Below, in pieces: positions 61,332 to 64,000 of a stretch of 64,000 nt of DNA (positions are counted from its first letter, which is position 1; each line of letters begins with the position of its first letter). Location: the NCBI GenBank assembly GCA_963422375.2, contig OY729428.2, forward strand, positions 1,440,001 through 1,504,000, in the 5' to 3' direction. Under the pieces are notes generated by a model that did no database searches, had not been told where the DNA came from, and saw only the letters and a program-made list of their open reading frames with translations. The translations under genes were made by a program, and so were the position numbers. Source of the stretch: Bryobacterales bacterium (GTDB lineage Bacteria; Acidobacteriota; Terriglobia; Bryobacterales; UBA6623).

Positions 61332-62960
61332 CTAGCGGCGGGCGGCCCGCTCGCTGCCCGATGGGGGCAGGCTGAAGACGAACAGGCCGCTGCCGGCGGC
61401 CACGGCGACCATCTGCCGTTCGCCGGCCGCATAGGCCATGGGGCTCGCCTGCACCGCCGCGCCGAGGTTGATGCGCCAGAGCTCGTCCCCCGATTCGGCG
61501 TCGAGCGCCTTGAAGAATCCGTCGGAGGTGCCCGCGAACACCAGGCCGCCTGCCGTGGAGACCAGTCCGGCCCAAGCCGGCTGGAACAGTCGGTGCTCCC
61601 AGCGCAGTTCCGCGGTCACCGGGTCGAACGCCCGCACCGCGCCGTACCAGTTGTCCATGGTGGCCTCGTTGACGAACATGCTGCCCCAGTAGCGCGTGCC
61701 GGGCCGGTACTCCGTATCGCCTTTGTAGTAGGTGCTGCTGCCCTCGCGGCACGACACGTACAGCATTCCGGTGTCCGGGCTGTAGGACGGCGACATCCAG
61801 TTCGTTCCTCCGGCCACGGTGGGAAAGACCTCGACCCCCTCCGGGCTGGGCTCCATGCCTGGCCGCCGAATCGGGCGGCCTTCCTCCGAGATCCCGACCG
61901 CCCAAGTCTGCTGCACGAACTGGGTGGCCCTGAGGAATTCCCCGGTCTCCCGGTCCAGCATGTAGATGAAGCCGTTCCGGTTCGCCGTCACTAGGATCTT
62001 GCGCATCTGTCCCCGGTATTCCTTGTCGAGCAGCACCATCACCTGCGTCGCGTCCCAGTCGTGGACGTCGTGGGGAGTGAACTGGAAGTGCCACCTGCGC
62101 TTGCCGGTGTCTGCGTCCAGCGCTACCACCGAGTCGGAGAAGAGGTTGTCGCCGAGGCGCACGTCGCCGTTCCAGTCGGGGCCGGGGTTGCCGATGCCCC
62201 AGTAGACGAGGTTCAGTTCCGGGTCGTAGCTCGGCGTGATCCAGACCGACGCCCCGCCGGTTTTCCACGAGTCGTCCGCCCAGGTGTCGTGGCCAAACTC
62301 GCCGGGACCGGGAATGGTGTAGAACCGCCAGCGCCGCTCGCCGGTCTCGATCTCGAATGCGTCGATGAATCCCCGGATGCCGTATTCGCCGCCGGCGGTC
62401 CCGACCATCACCAGGTCCTTGACCACGAGCGGCGCATGCGTGCCCGAGTAGCCGAGCGTGTAATCGATCAGCTCGGTCTCCCACAGGAGTCGACCCGTCT
62501 TGCGGTCGAGCGCGATCGTGTAGGCGTCGAGTGTGGCCATGAAGAGCCGGTCGCCGAGGATCGCGAGCCCGCGGTTGACGAGGCCGCAGCAGGCTATCAG
62601 CCGTTCGGGCAGGTCGCGCGAATAGCGCCACAGGCGCGCGCCCGTCTCGGCGTCCAAGGCGTAGACGTCGCCGGGCGGCACCGTGATGTACATGATGCCG
62701 TCATGCACCAGAGGGGTGACCTCGAACTTCTCGCTGATCCTCTCCTGAAAGACCCAGTCAAGTCGCAGGGAGGCCACGTTCGTGCGGTCGATTTCGTCCA
62801 GCAGGCTATGGCGGTGACCGGCGTAGCCGCCGTGGTAGTTCAGCCAGTCCGCGGCTACCTGGTCGTCCCGGAGGAGGTCTCCAGACGTCACTTCCGCGGC
62901 AGGGAGCCAGGCGCACAGGAGCGTGCCCGCCAGCAGAAGACGGGCTGGATGGCGAATCAA
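61332..62960 (-). CDS. PQQ-dependent dehydrogenase (methanol/ethanol family)
   Basis: Beta-propeller W motifs, CCGLVNRG, GGEYG, GNPGP, HDVHDWDA, NRNGF, GGTNW. Confidence 0.93.
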   Translation of the reverse strand: MIRHPARLLLAGTLLCAWLPAAEVTSGDLLRDDQVAADWLNYHGGYAGHRHSLLDEIDRTNVASLRLDWVFQERISEKFEVTPLVHDGIMYITVPPGDVYALDAETGARLWRYSRDLPERLIACCGLVNRGLAILGDRLFMATLDAYTIALDRKTGRLLWETELIDYTLGYSGTHAPLVVKDLVMVGTAGGEYGIRGFIDAFEIETGERRWRFYTIPGPGEFGHDTWADDSWKTGGASVWITPSYDPELNLVYWGIGNPGPDWNGDVRLGDNLFSDSVVALDADTGKRRWHFQFTPHDVHDWDATQVMVLLDKEYRGQMRKILVTANRNGFIYMLDRETGEFLRATQFVQQTWAVGISEEGRPIRRPGMEPSPEGVEVFPTVAGGTNWMSPSYSPDTGMLYVSCREGSSTYYKGDTEYRPGTRYWGSMFVNEATMDNWYGAVRAFDPVTAELRWEHRLFQPAWAGLVSTAGGLVFAGTSDGFFKALDAESGDELWRINLGAAVQASPMAYAAGERQMVAVAAGSGLFVFSLPPSGSERAARR

Positions 62961-63754
62961 GGGCTGCTCTCCTTGTCCCTGCCCCGCAGCGTGCAGAGGT
63001 AAGCGATCAGTTGGTCGACTTCGCTCGGGCTCAGCAGGTTCCCGTATGCCGGCATCAGGGATTCCTCCGGGAATTCGAGTGATCGTAGGTCGGCCTTGCG
63101 GAAGGAGCGGATTTCTTCCGCTCGGTCCATGACGAAGACATGGTACGCCGTCTCGTTCAAGCGCGTGCCTTCGACACGCTCTCCCGCGGAGGTGACGGCG
63201 CGCACCGCGCGGTAGCGGTCGGGAATCGACCCTGCCGGCGCGAGCAGGGCCTCGCGCAGCTGCTCCCGCGAGTAGGACAGGCCGGCGTACGTCAAATCAG
63301 GCCCCAGCCGGCCGCCCTGCTTCCCGACGGTGTGGCAGGCGAGGCAGGATCCGCGCTCGTGGAAGATCCGCCGGCCCGCTTCTGCGGCGCCCGCCTCCGC
63401 GCTGCACGCGTCCTGCTGCGCGCGCTCGGCAAAGGTGCGCACGAACAGCAGGATCTTCCAGATGTCTTCCTCCCCCATCCAGAGCCCCGGCATGTCCGTT
63501 CCCGGAACGCCGCCCTCGATCAGGTCGAAGAGCTCCGCGTCGGAGTTGCCGCGGCGGTAGCTCGGTCGGGCGAGCCGCGCCCCGCGTCCGGTCTTGCCCT
63601 CCATTCCGTGGCACACTCCGCAATGGATGCGGTAGAGGCGCTTGCCTTCGGCGAACTCCTCCGCCGAGCTCATGGGATTCGTCTCGTGCGTGCGCGTCGC
63701 CGACAGCGTGAGCGGAATGGCGAACAGCGCGATCAAGGGCCGCAAGTAGCGCAT
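62957..63754 (-). CDS. Diheme c-type cytochrome
   Basis: CGVCH and CLACH; G..GT.MP, LGPDL, SLMP...L..YL. Confidence 0.9.
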   Translation of the reverse strand: MRYLRPLIALFAIPLTLSATRTHETNPMSSAEEFAEGKRLYRIHCGVCHGMEGKTGRGARLARPSYRRGNSDAELFDLIEGGVPGTDMPGLWMGEEDIWKILLFVRTFAERAQQDACSAEAGAAEAGRRIFHERGSCLACHTVGKQGGRLGPDLTYAGLSYSREQLREALLAPAGSIPDRYRAVRAVTSAGERVEGTRLNETAYHVFVMDRAEEIRSFRKADLRSLEFPEESLMPAYGNLLSPSEVDQLIAYLCTLRGRDKESSP

Positions 63755-63837
63755 GGCGAGGGCCAAACAAGCCTATCAGACCCGGGTGATCGGCCCCTCG
63801 CGCCCCGGGGCTGCCGCGGCCGCGCCTTTCGATGCCG

Positions 63838-64000
63838 CTAGCCGAACGCCTCCCGCAGCACTTGGTAGCTGTCGGCCACGGCCTGCTCGGCCGGGGCATT
63901 GCCCTCCATCTCGAGCGAGACGTAGCCTTGAAAGCCCGCATCCCGCACGATGCCCGCGATGCGCGCGTAGTCGAGGTCGAGCGTGTACCATACCCCTCCG
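63838..64000 (-). CDS. Sugar phosphate isomerase/epimerase, C-terminal fragment (runs off the window)
   Basis: [33 protein letters not shown]...LREAFG*. Confidence 0.8.
   Translation of the reverse strand, partial: GGVWYTLDLDYARIAGIVRDAGFQGYVSLEMEGNAPAEQAVADSYQVLREAFG

Overview
GC-rich bacterial window whose gene content (acidobacterial-type VWA proteins, an Oar-like TonB-dependent receptor, a PQQ dehydrogenase/cytochrome c pair, Tat-exported Gfo/Idh/MocA) points to an Acidobacteriota (Bryobacterales-like) genome; the taxonomy is inference. About 40 metabolic, envelope and housekeeping genes and one tRNA-Val(CAC) are separated by long GC-rich non-coding stretches. There are two IS graveyards. 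At 15.7-19.3 kb a dead ISNCY element sits beside a ~255-bp MITE that shares its ends and carries an IS30 element. At 54.1-58.4 kb an IS1595 element is followed by a three-level nest (ISAzo13 inside IS1595 inside a 256-bp MITE) that splits an ATPase/PD-(D/E)XK nuclease gene; all junctions can be read from TIRs and TSDs. The window opens with a single-ORF DUF6088(AbiEi-like)-AbiEii fusion carrying an internal double frameshift. Window-wide patterns: many 9-18-bp tandem duplications and an apparent A:T->G:C skew in decaying genes, and many apparently leaderless genes. No CRISPR array, rRNA, reverse transcriptase or recognisable riboswitch was found. No single clearly new system is proven; the best candidates are the 1137-aa/VWA pair, the AbiE fusion and the mutational signature.
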